In this document: piece by piece, positions 63,357-64,000 of the stretch
Position numbering within the stretch: position 1 is the first letter of the stretch
Layout of the letters: each line of letters starts with the position of its first letter
Source of the DNA: Victivallales bacterium
GTDB taxonomy: Bacteria > Verrucomicrobiota > Lentisphaeria > Victivallales > SZUA-371
DNA: 64,000 bases
Direction: 5' to 3'
Assembly: GCA_963677165.2 (NCBI GenBank)
Contig: CAXXSX010000002.1
Location: 421,988-485,987 of the forward strand
The notes under the pieces: generated by a model
Databases searched by the model: none
The model's input: only the letters and a program-made list of their open reading frames with translations
What the model was told of the DNA's origin: nothing
Program-made: the position numbers and the translations under genes

Positions 63357-64000
63357 ATGAGCAAAACAATTCTGGTTACAGGAGGCGGGGGATTTATTGG
63401 TTCTCATCTCTGTGAACGCCTGTTAAACGATGGACACGATGTTATATGTCTTGATAACTTTTTTACCGGCTCAAAAGATAACATACGCCATCTTTTAAGC
63501 GATCCTGATTTTGAGTTGGTCCGACATGATATCTGTCAGCCTTATTATGCGGAAGTCGACATGGTTTTTAATATGGCATGTCCGGCTTCTCCAGTCCACT
63601 ACCAATACAACCCGGTTCATACGACTAAAACTTGCGTCATGGGGTCCATTAACATGCTGGGACTTGCCAAACGCAGACAAGCTGTAATTTTGCAGGCGTC
63701 TACTTCTGAAGTTTATGGCGATCCCAATATTCATCCCCAAACTGAAGCTTACTGGGGCAACGTAAATTGCATTGGTAAACGCAGTTGTTATGATGAAGGA
63801 AAACGTTGTGCTGAAACATTGTTTTTTGATTATTACCGCGAACACAATGTTAAAATTAAAGTTGTTAGAATTTTCAATACCTACGGACCACGCATGCTTC
63901 CAAATGACGGCAGAGTTGTAAGTAATTTCATTGTCCAGGCTCTGAAAAATGAAGATATTACCATTTATGGAGAGGGACAGCAAACTCGTAGCTTCTGTTA
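63357..64000 (+). CDS. UDP-glucuronate decarboxylase (UDP-xylose synthase-like SDR), 3'-truncated by the window
   Basis: My own translation: [23 protein letters not shown]..., [18 protein letters not shown] (the YxxxK motif), IFNTYGPRM. These are highly characteristic of UXS-type extended SDRs. Confidence 0.85.
   Translation, partial: MSKTILVTGGGGFIGSHLCERLLNDGHDVICLDNFFTGSKDNIRHLLSDPDFELVRHDICQPYYAEVDMVFNMACPASPVHYQYNPVHTTKTCVMGSINMLGLAKRRQAVILQASTSEVYGDPNIHPQTEAYWGNVNCIGKRSCYDEGKRCAETLFFDYYREHNVKIKVVRIFNTYGPRMLPNDGRVVSNFIVQALKNEDITIYGEGQQTRSFC

Overview
Moderately AT-rich bacterial chromosome. It is probably from a PVC-superphylum organism (Lentisphaerota/Victivallales- or Kiritimatiellota-like). 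That guess is an inference from four H-X9-DG pseudopilin-like genes, a Cys-type sulfatase and many glycan enzymes. (1) 1-25.7 kb is the right-hand part of a P2-family myovirus prophage, and its left end lies outside the window. It carries an amidoligase fragment, a RelE/HTH toxin-antitoxin pair, Ogr, terminase gpP, gpO/N/M/L, gpR/S, sheath, tube, an E/E' chaperone with a clear A_AAA_AAA -1 frameshift site, tape measure, W/J/I baseplate genes, a displaced gpQ portal, gpH/gpG fibre genes, a lysis-like cassette with no recognisable endolysin, gpU/D/V, and orphan Dam + Dcm. A near-consensus antisense promoter plus a 51-aa membrane ORF sits between E' and the tape measure gene. (2) 25.1-25.7 kb is an ORF-poor, hairpin- and repeat-rich segment (possible cos, att arm or ncRNA) abutting tRNA-Ser(UGA). 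(3) 26.0-26.2 kb holds REP/REPIN-like GTAG-headed hairpins. (4) 26.3-58.7 kb holds amino-sugar and sulfated-glycan loci. These include esterases, an AGE epimerase, LacI, GntR-PBP, AraC and ROK regulators, nagB, a core-only nagA, a Gfo/Idh/MocA oxidoreductase, a clan GH-A-like 1115-aa enzyme, a cytoplasmic sulfatase and a GH32/43-like enzyme. The layout is repeated regulator + pseudopilin-like + secreted-enzyme modules, with no recognisable transporter. (5) 58.75-60.36 kb is a decayed integrative element (recombinase and integrase fragments) at tRNA-Ser(GCU). (6) 60.8-64.0 kb is housekeeping: rpsB-tsf, a BamE-like lipoprotein and a partial UDP-glucuronate decarboxylase. All functional calls come from reading the translations and motifs by eye. 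No database search was run.
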